Source of the DNA: Paramicrosporidium saccamoebae KSL3
Taxonomy: Eukaryota > Fungi > Cryptomycota
Assembly (NCBI GenBank): GCA_002794465.1
Contig: MTSL01000037.1
Location: forward strand, 1-28,686
Direction of reading: 5' to 3'
DNA length: 28,686 nucleotides
A program made the translations under genes and the position numbers. Below the pieces are notes generated by a model, which searched no databases, was not told where the DNA came from, and saw only the letters and a list, made by a program, of their open reading frames with translations. Shown here one piece after another: positions 9,770 through 20,228 of this stretch (position 1 is the first letter of the stretch; every line of letters starts with the position of its first letter).

Positions 9770-11449
9770 ATGATTGTTGATGCATCTTTTGAAGGTAAGA
9801 TCAAGCAAGCCCATATGGAAGACGTCAAAAAGACTTCGGCTTGGATGTCCAATGAACGCTTTAAAGAACTACAACGCCCGTACACCGCTGAGGAGGTGGT
9901 CTCATTGAGAGGTACCTTTCGTCAAGAATATGCGTCGCAGGCGCAGGCAAAAAAGTTGTGGAAGTTGCTGAAGGAGCATCAACAACGAAAGACGGCCAGC
10001 ACAACATTTGGTGCATTGGACCCGGTTCAAGTCGTACAGATGGGCAAGTATCTCGACACCATCTATGTGTCGGGTTGGCAATGCTCCTCCACCGCCAGCA
10101 CTACAAATGAGCCCGGTCCTGACCTGGCTGATTATCCCATGGACACGGTGCCCAACAAGGTAGAGCAGCTATTTATGGCACAGTTGATGCATGATCGCAA
10201 ACAGTACTCGGAGCGTTTAAAAATGTCAATGGCCGACAAGAAAGGAAATCCTTTCGTTGACTATCTTGCGCCCATGATTGCAGATGCAGATACTGGACAC
10301 GGCGGAACAACTGCCAACATGAAACTTGCCAAGCTGTTTGTGGAACGGGGAGCGGCTGCAGTCCATGTAGAAGATCAGGCCGCAGGAACAAAAAAGTGTG
10401 GACACATGTCGGGAAAAGTGCTAGTGTCGATTCGAGAACACATTGATCGTCTGGTTGCTATGCGGCTCCAATTTGACATTATGGGAACGGAGACTTTGAT
10501 CATTGCTAGAACTGATGCAGAAGCCGCCCGCCTAATCAACAACAACATTGATTGCCGTGACCACCCCTTTATACTCGGCTCCACCAACCCAACTCTTCCC
10601 TCATTAATGGACGTGATGATGGAGGCGGAGAAGGATGGACACAAAGATTTGGCTACGGTTGAGCAAGAGTGGCTCAACAGTGCACGTCTAATGACCTTTG
10701 GCGAGCATGTTGCCGAATTGATGACGGAAGGAGGCATGCCAGTTCATGACATTAGTCAATGGAAGCAGGATTGTCTGAAAATGTCGAATCGACAGGCCCG
10801 ACAGTGGGCCATGAACAAGGGACTGAATCATGTGTCTTGGTGTTGGGAGGCGCCAAGAACTCGCGAAGGATACTATCGTGTCCAAGGAGGCACTGCATAC
10901 TGTATCCATCGAGCCATCCAATATGCACCATACGCCGACATGTTGTGGATGGAAACGGCAAAGCCCATCTATGAGCAAGCCAAGATGTTTGCCGCAGGAG
11001 TGTTGCAGGCTTATCCTGGAAAGCTGCTATGCTACAACCTGTCGCCTTCCTTCAACTGGGACACTGCGGGAATGACTGAATCGGACATGAAAGACTTTAT
11101 CAGCCGACTTGCGAACCTGGGCTTTGTTTGGCAATTTATTACCTTGGCTGGATTCCACATTGACAGTCTGGCCACGGATCGTTTTGCCCGTTCGTTTGTC
11201 AGCGATGGAATGCTCTCGTATGTCCGTGATGTGCAAAGAATGGAGAGAGAGGAGGGCGTTGAGACGCTTGCACATCAAAAATGGTCTGGTGCCGGTTACA
11301 TGGACCTCCTGTTGCACACTGTAACCAAAGGATCCTCAGCTACTGCCGCCATGGGAAAGGGAGTAACGGAGGCCGATTTCCAAAAGAAAATCCCGCTGGC
11401 CGCTGTCAACAATCTGTCCCATGATATTACCAAGATGGTTGCCAAGTAA
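9770..11449 (+). CDS. ICL1: Isocitrate lyase, eukaryotic/fungal long form (559 aa)
   Basis: Active-site KKCGHM (not the KRCGHL of methylisocitrate lyase), [47 protein letters not shown]. The fungal-type domain II insertion starting [11 protein letters not shown] is present. Confidence 0.97.
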   Translation: MIVDASFEGKIKQAHMEDVKKTSAWMSNERFKELQRPYTAEEVVSLRGTFRQEYASQAQAKKLWKLLKEHQQRKTASTTFGALDPVQVVQMGKYLDTIYVSGWQCSSTASTTNEPGPDLADYPMDTVPNKVEQLFMAQLMHDRKQYSERLKMSMADKKGNPFVDYLAPMIADADTGHGGTTANMKLAKLFVERGAAAVHVEDQAAGTKKCGHMSGKVLVSIREHIDRLVAMRLQFDIMGTETLIIARTDAEAARLINNNIDCRDHPFILGSTNPTLPSLMDVMMEAEKDGHKDLATVEQEWLNSARLMTFGEHVAELMTEGGMPVHDISQWKQDCLKMSNRQARQWAMNKGLNHVSWCWEAPRTREGYYRVQGGTAYCIHRAIQYAPYADMLWMETAKPIYEQAKMFAAGVLQAYPGKLLCYNLSPSFNWDTAGMTESDMKDFISRLANLGFVWQFITLAGFHIDSLATDRFARSFVSDGMLSYVRDVQRMEREEGVETLAHQKWSGAGYMDLLLHTVTKGSSATAAMGKGVTEADFQKKIPLAAVNNLSHDITKMVAK

Positions 11450-11495
11450 CCACGGAACAAATAAAGTGTGGAAATTTGTTTGTTACATTAAACGC

Positions 11496-12410
11496 ATGAT
11501 TGTCAGTCTCTGCTCCATTGGTCTTGCAGTAGTGCTTTACGCCGCCTACAAGGTGGGCTGGTGGGCTTATGTTAGCTTTATCAGACCCATTGACCTGAGC
11601 AAATACCGCAAAGCGCAGTCATGGGCCATGGTCACCGGAGCTACGGACGGGATTGGCCTGGCATTTGCCCAGGTGCTTGCGGAGCATGGCTTTAACATTC
11701 TGCTGGTCAGTCGAAGCAAGGAAAAGCTGGAGAATGTCAAGGAGAAGATCCAAAAGGCCACCAAGGTGCAAGTTGATTACGCCGTTTCCGATGCCATGGA
11801 TGTCTCTGAGGAGAACATTCAAAGTGTCATTGACAAGACTGCGTCTCGCGACATTTCAGTGCTGATTAACAATGTGGGGATTGGTGTGGACGGGATGAAG
11901 CTTCTACATGAGCAGAGAACAAAGAACATTGAGGATGCCGTCACGGTCAACTGTGTCTACCCAACGCTCCTTACTCGGGCCATGGTTCCGGTGCTGCTCC
12001 GCCATCAAGGCCCCAAATTGATGGTCAATCTCTCATCGGTTGCGGCCCTCATCATGAATCCCTTTGCCTCTGTCTATTCTGCCACCAAGGGATACAACCG
12101 CCAATTCTCTCTGGCCCTTTCTGCCGAGTACCACTCCCAGGCCATGGATGTTCTCTGTGTTGAGCCTGGTCTTGTCGAGTCGAACATGACCAAGGTTAAG
12201 CCGTCGCCAGTATGCTGCTCAGCGAGAGAGTGCGCTGAATCGGCGTTGCGCAAGGTGGGAGAGGTAGAGTGTATCCCGCATTGGAAGCATATGATGATGT
12301 ATGCACTGTCCGTGTGCTACAAAGTATTGCCGAGCATCGTGCAGCCTCCATTTGTATCCTACATGGTTGGCACTTTCCGCGCAAAGACTGCCCCTTCCAA
12401 ATCCGACTAG
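11496..12410 (+). CDS. SDR, very-long-chain 3-ketoacyl-CoA reductase / 17beta-HSD12-like (304 aa)
   Basis: N-terminal hydrophobic anchor, TGATDGIG cofactor motif, LINNVG, catalytic YSATK. The real start is probably ATG 11496; the ORF-track start overlaps the ICL1 stop. Confidence 0.85.
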   Translation: MIVSLCSIGLAVVLYAAYKVGWWAYVSFIRPIDLSKYRKAQSWAMVTGATDGIGLAFAQVLAEHGFNILLVSRSKEKLENVKEKIQKATKVQVDYAVSDAMDVSEENIQSVIDKTASRDISVLINNVGIGVDGMKLLHEQRTKNIEDAVTVNCVYPTLLTRAMVPVLLRHQGPKLMVNLSSVAALIMNPFASVYSATKGYNRQFSLALSAEYHSQAMDVLCVEPGLVESNMTKVKPSPVCCSARECAESALRKVGEVECIPHWKHMMMYALSVCYKVLPSIVQPPFVSYMVGTFRAKTAPSKSD

Positions 12411-12585
12411 TCCTGGACTCTTAGCGTAAAATTTTGCCCATGGGTGGCCATGAAAATACAGAAACAACAAGTGGGAACCCGATCTGATCTGGTGGTCACG
12501 TAATAAAAGAAAATATGAGATACTCGTATCGTGCCCCTGCGTTGACAGCAGAACGTTGGCATTGTCTCGGGCAATTAGCGCCTAT

Positions 12586-12662
12586 CCAATAGTGCCGATT
12601 CAATAGCCCTGATTCTCTATCAGCAGCTCAATAACGCCAATTCAATAGCACCACTTCAATGG
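12586..12662 (+). repeat. Degenerate 14-bp tandem repeat (about 5.5 units) running into the DNM1 ATG
   Basis: ccaatagtgccgat, tcaatagccctgat, tctctatcagcagc, tcaataacgccaat, tcaatagcaccact, tcaATGg. Confidence 0.7.
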
Positions 12663-14859
12663 ACCAGCTAATACCCATCATCAATAAGCTTCAGGAAGTA
12701 TTCGAAGCCATTGACCCCGACTCGCCTGATGCCGGCATACCGGATGTGGACCTCCCCCGCATTGTCGTGGTCGGTTCGCAGAGCTCTGGAAAGTCGTCCG
12801 TGCTGGAAAGCCTTGTCCAGCGTGATTTTCTTCCCCGTGGCAAAGATATTGTGACCCGAAGACCGCTGGTGCTGCAGTTGCTGCATGTTTCCCAGGGACA
12901 GCGGCCGGAGGAATGGGGAGAGTTTGGCCATCTACCGGGACGACGATTTGCCGATTTCCTGCAGATAAGAAGAGAGATTGAAGAGGATACGGCGCGAATT
13001 GCGGGATCCAACAAGGGCATATCAAGACAGCCCATACATTTGAAGATATATTCGCCGCATGTGGTGAATTTGACATTGGTGGACTTGCCAGGAATTGCAA
13101 AAATCCCCGTGGGAGAGCAGCCGCAGGACATTGAGAGTCAATTGCGTCAATTGGTATTAGAGTACATTTCGCGTCCAAATAGTGTTATTCTGGCAGTTAC
13201 TCCGGCCAACAGCGATCTAGTCAACTCTGATGCACTGCAAATTGCCCGGGAAGTAGACCCAACCGGCGCCCGAACCATTGGCGTACTGACTAAACTCGAT
13301 TTGATGGATGCAGGCACGCATGCCGGAGACATTTTGTGCAACCGTGCGTCATTCCGACTGCAGCTGGGCTTTATTGGCGTGGTGAATCGCAGCCAACACG
13401 ACATTAACGTGAACAAACCAATTGCCGAGGCGATGAGACAAGAAACTGAATTCTTCAGAAACCATGCCCATTACCGGCACATTGCCCATCGCTGTGGGAC
13501 CCAATTCCTCGCCAAGGAGCTGAACAAGGTATTCTTGGCACTCAATGTGTTTAGTTTGTAGATCCTACTGCAGCACATTAGAGATCAGTTGCCAGAACTC
13601 CGAACCCGCATCAACACACTGATTCTTTCAACTCAGAATGAGCTGCAATGTCTCGGTGACCTGGGGTTGCCTGGAAAGGCCCATAGAGGGACACTTCTAC
13701 TCAAGCTAGTCACCAGCTATGTAACCGAATTCAACGAGGCCATTGAAGGCACTCTTCGACGCAACGCCACCTCTGAAGAATTGTAAGATTGCAGTGTTGG
13801 TAATGTTGTAGGACTGGCGGCGCCCGGATCAATTATATTTTTAATGAAGTCTACGCCAATTCCATCAATCAATTCGATGCATCAACGGGACTTACAGTTA
13901 TTGAAGTCAGAAATGCAATCCGAAATGCCTCGGTATTCCCCTAGTGGCCATGTATTGACCAGTAGGGACCGCGACCTGCTCTGTTTGTGCCCGAGGCATC
14001 GTTCGAGGTTTTAGTGAGGAAGCAAATAGCAAAGCTAGAGACACCTGCACAAAAGTGTGCCGACATGGTCTTTGAGGAATTGCAGCGATTAATACACCGG
14101 CTGGACCGTAAGGAATATAGACGCTTCCCGAACTTGTCAGCCAAGATGGTGGAAGTGTCTAATGAACTCTTGCGAGAGCGCTTAGAGCCCACATTGACCA
14201 TGATTGAGAATTTGGTACGAATAGAGATGGCCTACATCAACACAAATCATCCCGACTTTTGTCGAGCGGGAGCCAGTTTCGGCGTGCTTGCCAAAATTGT
14301 GGAGAGTCGGAAACCCAAGTTGCCGTCAAATTCCTCCAAATCCTCTGCCGATGACATTCCCCTGGAGATGGCACCGACTGGCAAGGAAGAGAGTGGATTC
14401 TTGTCCTATCTCTTCCGTGGCCAGCCCATCCCTCAATCCCGGAGCAAACCGACACTGCCAATGAGCTCGAGTTCCCCCATCAAACAACAGAGACCAATGC
14501 CCATCACTCCGGAGCCATCCCCCACCTTTGACTACTCTGACAGTCTTTCTGAAAAGGAAGAGGTAGAGACACAACTAATCATGACGCTGTTGCATTCATA
14601 CTTTCTCATTGTTCGTAAGAATCTCCTCGATGCTGTTCCCAAGGCGATCATGCATTTTCTTGTCAATCACGTAGTAGAGCAATTGGGCACCCGACTAGTA
14701 ACCGATCTATATCGGGAGGAAATGTTTGAAGAGTTACTGGAAGAGGACGAAACTGTAGTACGACAAAGGGCGAGATGCAAAACGGCGTTGGAGGCATATC
14801 GTCAGGCGGCAGGCATACTATCAGATTTGCGAGATTCCGATGTAGTCCGTCCTATTTAA
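12659..14859 (+). CDS. DNM1: Dynamin-related fission GTPase Dnm1/Drp1, 4 exons, 701 aa
   Basis: Exons 12659-13528, 13562-13782, 13812-13932, 13966-14859 sum to 2106 nt. [21 protein letters not shown]; middle domain [11 protein letters not shown]; [27 protein letters not shown] resembles Drp1/Dnm1 more than Vps1. Confidence 0.9.
13529..13561 (+). other. Spliceosomal intron, 33 nt (DNM1 intron 1)
   Basis: GTATTC...TTTAGTTTGTAG; LNK|[11 protein letters not shown]. Confidence 0.9.
13783..13811 (+). other. Spliceosomal intron, 29 nt (DNM1 intron 2)
   Basis: GTAAGA...GGTAATGTTGTAG; restores EELTGGARI. Confidence 0.9.
13933..13965 (+). other. Spliceosomal intron, 33 nt (DNM1 intron 3)
   Basis: GTATTC...ATTGACCAGTAG; restores IRNAS|[10 protein letters not shown]. 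Confidence 0.9.
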
Positions 14860-15063
14860 ATTTACACAATATATATATTCTGTGATTTAAAAGCGGTTTT
14901 TATCGCAGTTCTGGCTCGAGTCTTGATTTGATTCGGTTTGGTTTTATTTGGCTTGATTTGGGCTTGGTTTTAAACTCTTTAATTTGGTATATTCCAACTC
15001 CAATATAGTTGATCCTTTGTATCCCAACATTCGTACAATCCTTGACCCGCCATGTCTCAACTC

Positions 15064-15774
15064 TCACATGTTTTGGATATAGGGATCAATTACACAAAAG
15101 AGATGGGCTGGGAGACATTCGCTGCGACATAGGGGACATTCGGGACGCATCTTTGTCCAACTAAAAATGCAATCCCAGCAGAATAAATGTCCACATTTTG
15201 TGACGGTTGTCGCTCTTCGTCGCCCCAAACACAGACTACACGTTGCCACCCGCGGTACCTCCTCTATTGTCGATGGAGTGGCTCGCTGAGTGAGCTTAAG
15301 GATGGCCACTGGCAAGGCAGCAATGGCAAGTAATCGGTAGAACATACTGCCATTGGTGTCAGGCGCTCGTCTTGGATGGTAAATATAGCGGAGTGACAAG
15401 ATGCGTCGGATGAGGGTTGGATAGCGTCCTTCCCAATAAAAAAGCACCTTGTTAAAAGATTCAGCGCTCTCAAGCAGCCGCATAAAAGGCATCAGAGTCA
15501 GTACAATACGTTTCCAAACGGGCGGGACAGTGGAATTGATAACATCGACTGGAAGAATTTGACAATACTCTTCCCCAAGAGTCTTTGTTCCTGCCAATGT
15601 GGTAAGTGCATAGTAGAGTGCACTGGATAATGGCAATGTGTCGGCCCCAATCCATCGATAGACATGGCGCATGTTGAGTACCCGACGGAGCTTGTCATCT
15701 AGCTGGTGGATGTAGAATTGGTCTTTCTGATGCGCACGCGCAATGACGCTTGTCTCTGCAAAACCCCACCTCAT
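15064..15774 (-). CDS. PEX10: Peroxin Pex10 (RING E3 ligase), 236 aa
   Basis: IARAHQKDQFY and TLGEEY motifs of the Pex2/10/12 N-domain; C3HC4 RING CSLC..CGHLFCWDC..CPLCR. First in-frame ATG is 15774. Confidence 0.88.
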   Translation of the reverse strand: MRWGFAETSVIARAHQKDQFYIHQLDDKLRRVLNMRHVYRWIGADTLPLSSALYYALTTLAGTKTLGEEYCQILPVDVINSTVPPVWKRIVLTLMPFMRLLESAESFNKVLFYWEGRYPTLIRRILSLRYIYHPRRAPDTNGSMFYRLLAIAALPVAILKLTQRATPSTIEEVPRVATCSLCLGRRRATTVTKCGHLFCWDCIFSWTKMRPECPLCRSECLPAHLFCVIDPYIQNM

Positions 15775-16217
15775 CTGTCCATATAACAAAGCTAATCAAT
15801 AGTGTGTGAGGGTATATATGCGGTCCAGGGGGTCGCGTAGGGGGGGATAATACCACGGACTGTGTCAGGTGGGAAGAGACGAGATGGGATGAGAGGAGAA
15901 TTTATTCAGTCAATCCAACGACCCTTTTATAGTCTCACAAATCACGTAATAGCCCCCAAATGGTAAAGACCTCATTATCCTTCATCGATTGTTCTGACTA
16001 TCTCCTCTCCAAACTAGGGAACTATCCTCAAATATCCAACTAATCAGTTCTACGTCACACAGGGACCCCCAGTCGAATCTCCACGCCGATTATACAAAAA
16101 GGACAGGCTTTAATTATAAGGGTTGGCAATCAATCCGCTCTGTTACACAGGGGCCCTTGCTCTTGAAATTTTCAGGTTCACTAGCATTGAGCTAGTCTCA
16201 TGCTATGATTTTAATGA

Positions 16218-17858
16218 CTAATTCCATGCAGACAAAACGTGGCTGATGAGATTGACAGTAGAGGCATCGTGACTAGTACTGGCATTGCCAGTTTCGAGCT
16301 CTTTCAAGACGACATTGGCTAGTTGTTTGCCCAACTCCACCCCCCACTGATCAAACGAATTAATGTCCCACACGATCCCCTGTACAAATATCTTGTGTTC
16401 GTACATGGCAATTAGTGCACCCAGTGTGTAGGGTGAGAGACAGTCGTAGAGGATCGTATTGGTGGGATGGTTTCCGACAAAACTCTTGTGGGTGCGCAGC
16501 AAATTGCGACGGACGGGATCCTCCTTAGCCATCTCTGCATCAACCTGAGCGGCCGTTTTGCCGACCATTAGTGCCTCAGTCTGGGCGATGCAATTAGCCA
16601 AGAGCATCCGATGGTGCATTCCATGGGCAATGGGATTGAGACTCTTTGTACCTGCAATAAAGTCGGCCGGGATCATTTTGGTGCCCTGATGGATTAGCTG
16701 GAAAAATGCATGTTGTCCATTTGTGCCTGGCTCTCCCCAAATGATAGGACCAGTCTGACAGCTCACAGCCTTGCCATTAACAGTGGTAGACTTGCCATTT
16801 GACTCCATATCGCCTTGTTGTAGATAGGCCGGGAAGCGATGTAAATACTGTTCGTAGGGCAGAATGGCATGGGTTTGGGCACCATGGAAATTGTTGTACC
16901 AAATGCCCAGCAGTGCCAAGATCACTGGGAGGTTCTTTTCGAGGGGTGCAGTCCGGAAATGCTCATCCATAAAATGTGCTCCTTCCAGTAGCTCAGTGAA
17001 TCTCTCTGATCCAATGGACAGCATAATGGATAGTCCCACACCCGACCACAGCGAATAGCGTCCACCCACCCAATCCCAAAATTGGACCATATTCTCTTCA
17101 GCAATTCCAAACTGTGCCACTGCCTCTCGGTTTGTAGACACGGCCACAAAGTGCTTAGCCACTGCCTCGGCTGGATGGTGCTGCAGGAACCAGGATTTGG
17201 CTGACACGGCGTTGGTCATGGTCTCTGCCGTTGTAAAAGTTTTGCTGACAATGATGAACAGCGTCGTCTCTGCCACCACCTGTTTTAACGTCTCTGCCAT
17301 ATGTGTTCCGTCAATGTTGGAGACGAAATGAACGCGCAAGTCGGCAGAATAGTGTTTCAATGCCTCACAGACCATTACCGGTCCCAAATCAGAGCCACCA
17401 ATGCCAATGTTTACCACATCGGTAATCCGCTTTCCCGTTGCGCCCACCCATTGTCCATTGCGGATCTGCTCGCTGATTCGTTTCATCACAGCAAGTTCCG
17501 CCTGGACCAGAGGCATGACGTCCTGTCCATCGACCATGATGGGAGTGCCAGCAGTGTTCCGGAGGGCGATATGGAGAACAGAGCGGTTCTCAGTCACATT
17601 GATGGGCTTTCCTGCAAACATGTCCTCTCTCTTTCCCTCCACCCCAACCTCTCTGGCTAATTCAAACAGCAATCGCATCGTCTCCTCAGTCACCAAGTTT
17701 TTACTATAGTCCAACAAGAATGGAGACAATTTGACAGAGTAATCAGAGAAACGTGCTGGGTTGGTGCGAAAGAGGGTGCGCATGTCGAGGTTCTTTCCCT
17801 CCTTGTCATAATGAGCAGTAAGTCGTCCCCAAACACTCAGTTCTGTTGGCATCATCAA
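16218..17858 (-). CDS. PGI1: Glucose-6-phosphate isomerase (546 aa)
   Basis: [69 protein letters not shown]. Confidence 0.98.
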   Translation of the reverse strand: MMMPTELSVWGRLTAHYDKEGKNLDMRTLFRTNPARFSDYSVKLSPFLLDYSKNLVTEETMRLLFELAREVGVEGKREDMFAGKPINVTENRSVLHIALRNTAGTPIMVDGQDVMPLVQAELAVMKRISEQIRNGQWVGATGKRITDVVNIGIGGSDLGPVMVCEALKHYSADLRVHFVSNIDGTHMAETLKQVVAETTLFIIVSKTFTTAETMTNAVSAKSWFLQHHPAEAVAKHFVAVSTNREAVAQFGIAEENMVQFWDWVGGRYSLWSGVGLSIMLSIGSERFTELLEGAHFMDEHFRTAPLEKNLPVILALLGIWYNNFHGAQTHAILPYEQYLHRFPAYLQQGDMESNGKSTTVNGKAVSCQTGPIIWGEPGTNGQHAFFQLIHQGTKMIPADFIAGTKSLNPIAHGMHHRMLLANCIAQTEALMVGKTAAQVDAEMAKEDPVRRNLLRTHKSFVGNHPTNTILYDCLSPYTLGALIAMYEHKIFVQGIVWDINSFDQWGVELGKQLANVVLKELETGNASTSHDASTVNLISHVLSAWN

Positions 17859-18096
17859 TACGCCTATATCTTTAATTAAATCTTTATCCGCAATCCCAAT
17901 GTATACGGATCAAGAAGGGTCGCATCCCTAACCTCGCAGTTTTATTAAAGTATGTTCCATATAGGAAGCCATCCTTAATATGATTGGAATGGATTCTAAG
18001 ATCGTTATCCGGGTCGGGTTCACCAGTGATATGCGGATACTGTTTAATAGGGTCTTTCCTTTCAATCTCACAATGACTATATTTAAATGTTTGTAA

Positions 18097-19845
18097 TTAC
18101 GCAAAGAGCGATTCGGTCGTCTTGGGGGTAAAAGGACGCGGGCCACGTCTTGGGATTTGCATTTCAAATCCCATCTCATTCAGCTTTTTCAGATTGTAAT
18201 CGTGGATCAGCTGTCTGCGATCCTTCATCGTCTTTACCACTCCACGCAGCTCCTCTCCGTCTCCTTGCGCAATTAGAGACGAGAGATAATAGTTCCGATG
18301 GTTGTTTTGCAGTGGATTTGGCGATTCTACCAGACGACGGTAAATCTCAATGCAGGCACCATTATCTTGACGAGAACGCACAGCACGCATCAACAACTCA
18401 TAAGTGTGTCCGTTCGGGGCCACACCATTCTGTTCCATGTGCAGGACAATCTGACGAAACTCGGAATTGGCATTCAAACAGAGCGAGGCCAGACTGTCAA
18501 CAGTGATGGTCAGGGGAGTGGGGCTGATAATCTTGGCCACGCTGGACTTGAAGCTTCCCGGAACAAGACGATCCAAGAAGGCCTGCAAGACGGCATTGTA
18601 CAGCGACACATCCAACTTTTTCCCGGATCCTTCGCCGGCAAAGGTCTCAATCAGCTTTGTGGCCCGTCCTTGGTCATTGCGGGCAAATAGCTTGAACAGG
18701 TTGGCAAAATCCACTGGCTCTGATGGGTATCCGAGACTTGCAAAGTACTCGAGCACCACAGGCGCTGTCAACAGCTCTGCCGACGTGTAGTAATAGTTGA
18801 CAAATGTGTTGGCAGTGACATTGTTAGGCTTGCACTTGTCGCTCGTCTTCATCGTGTCCAGCATCTTCAAGGCCTTGTCAATCTGACCTGCATGCAAATA
18901 CCCATTGATCATGGTGTTGCAGGCTACATCGTGCATTCCATATAGCTTGTTCATGTCGCGGAAACAATGTTCTGCATCATCCACACGACGCAAATACACC
19001 AATGAGCCGATGCGGTAAATGTATGAAGACTGATCAGCCAAATTGTTCAGCACCATTCGGGAAAAGAGCACATCAGCACGATCATCAAGACCACAGCGCG
19101 GAAGAGTGTAAAGCATCTTGTTGTAATAGTACGTGCTGGGTTGGATTCCGCGTTTCTCCATCGTCACCGCCAGATTAATCAATAATCCTCCCTGCTGGAG
19201 ACCGCTCAGTCCCAGAGCCATGTCGTCATAGAATGAGACGGGCAGCTCAATTCCCTCCTGCTTCATCGTATCCAGAATTCCCTTCATGGGCTCATAGAAT
19301 GTCGTATGATTCAGTGTCTCTGAGGAATTGGGTGCATCTCCGAAACGTTGAAGCTCTTCGCCAAACAACAGACGGATCTCACGGACACGCAGAGTACGAC
19401 GTCCGCTTCTCAGCACAGAGCCGTAAATCTCGGCAGTAGGCGCTACTCCAGCCTTGCGAAGCATATTTAACGCTTCGGAGCTGTTGACAAAATCACGATT
19501 ATCTGCCAGAATTTTAAAGACTTGCTCAATTTCTGCTACTGGTGCCGCACTGCCCTTTTCCAAAAGCTCCCCTAGGGTGGCCATCAGTTTCTCTGATGGG
19601 ATTTCGGGTTGGAAGCGTGCCTCCCGTTCGTTAACCTCCACTGGAGCAGATGTTATTCCCAATGACTCATTAATGGTCATGGTCGGCTGCGAGTCTAGAG
19701 TGGCGAGGGAGGGGTGGAAGGCGCGGGTGGGAGTCCAGCTCGGGAATGACGCCACTGGGTGTACTGTCGGATAGCTTATAGGTGCGATGCAGCGAGTGAG
19801 GAGGGCGGGACGCACGAGGCGCGATACATTACGAATGAAAACCAT
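18097..19845 (-). CDS. Pentatricopeptide-repeat protein, probably mitochondrial (582 aa)
   Basis: Arg-rich, acid-poor N-terminus from ATG 19845 (MVFIRNVSRLVRPALLTR). PPR-like motifs YNKMLYTLPRCGLDDRADVLFSRM, CNTMINGYLHAGQIDKALKMLDTMK, PNGHTYELLMRA. Confidence 0.8.
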   Translation of the reverse strand: MVFIRNVSRLVRPALLTRCIAPISYPTVHPVASFPSWTPTRAFHPSLATLDSQPTMTINESLGITSAPVEVNEREARFQPEIPSEKLMATLGELLEKGSAAPVAEIEQVFKILADNRDFVNSSEALNMLRKAGVAPTAEIYGSVLRSGRRTLRVREIRLLFGEELQRFGDAPNSSETLNHTTFYEPMKGILDTMKQEGIELPVSFYDDMALGLSGLQQGGLLINLAVTMEKRGIQPSTYYYNKMLYTLPRCGLDDRADVLFSRMVLNNLADQSSYIYRIGSLVYLRRVDDAEHCFRDMNKLYGMHDVACNTMINGYLHAGQIDKALKMLDTMKTSDKCKPNNVTANTFVNYYYTSAELLTAPVVLEYFASLGYPSEPVDFANLFKLFARNDQGRATKLIETFAGEGSGKKLDVSLYNAVLQAFLDRLVPGSFKSSVAKIISPTPLTITVDSLASLCLNANSEFRQIVLHMEQNGVAPNGHTYELLMRAVRSRQDNGACIEIYRRLVESPNPLQNNHRNYYLSSLIAQGDGEELRGVVKTMKDRRQLIHDYNLKKLNEMGFEMQIPRRGPRPFTPKTTESLFA

Positions 19846-20228
19846 TTGCGGGAGTAATGCAGCCAACGAAAAGTTCGTGCCCTGGCTACCTTTTCAAAAG
19901 TCCGCCAACCATGCATTGAGCATTAAGGGGTGACGATGGCTAGCTCTGAGTGATACGTGGTGAAATAAACATGGCAAGAGAATTCAGTGGCGAAAACCAA
20001 AATGATTGTCACTTTATCCATGTCGTAGCATTTTGACGCTATGCTGGAAGATTCCTAAAGTGGAATAATTGGCTGGGTATTTGTCGCTGTGAGAATGAAG
20101 GCGGAGGAGTTGGAGGTGAGAAATTGATAGATTGACGTCACAAGGCACCTATGTTTTGTATCTTCCCCGCGCCTCTACAAAGCTACAACAATATTACACA
20201 TTGAATTTCTATTCTCATCCATCATTAG

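Noticed and set aside
9790-9822. Possible stopless 27-nt intron GTAAGA...GGAAG near the ICL1 start
   Set aside because: It ends in GAAG with no TRAY branch motif, unlike the 16 supported introns, and the ORF is intact without it.
11444-11470. Cryptic peroxisomal PTS1 by stop read-through in ICL1 (PGI1 also checked)
   Set aside because: Read-through gives ...PRNK* for ICL1 and ...SLKS* for PGI1; neither is SKL-like.
15826-15892. G-rich tract upstream of PEX10 as a G-quadruplex
   Set aside because: Only two strong G-runs are close together; the others are separated by long loops.
20133-20140. Perfect CRE palindrome TGACGTCA upstream of the PPR gene
   Set aside because: A single 8-mer in 28 kb could easily occur by chance, and nothing else supports it.
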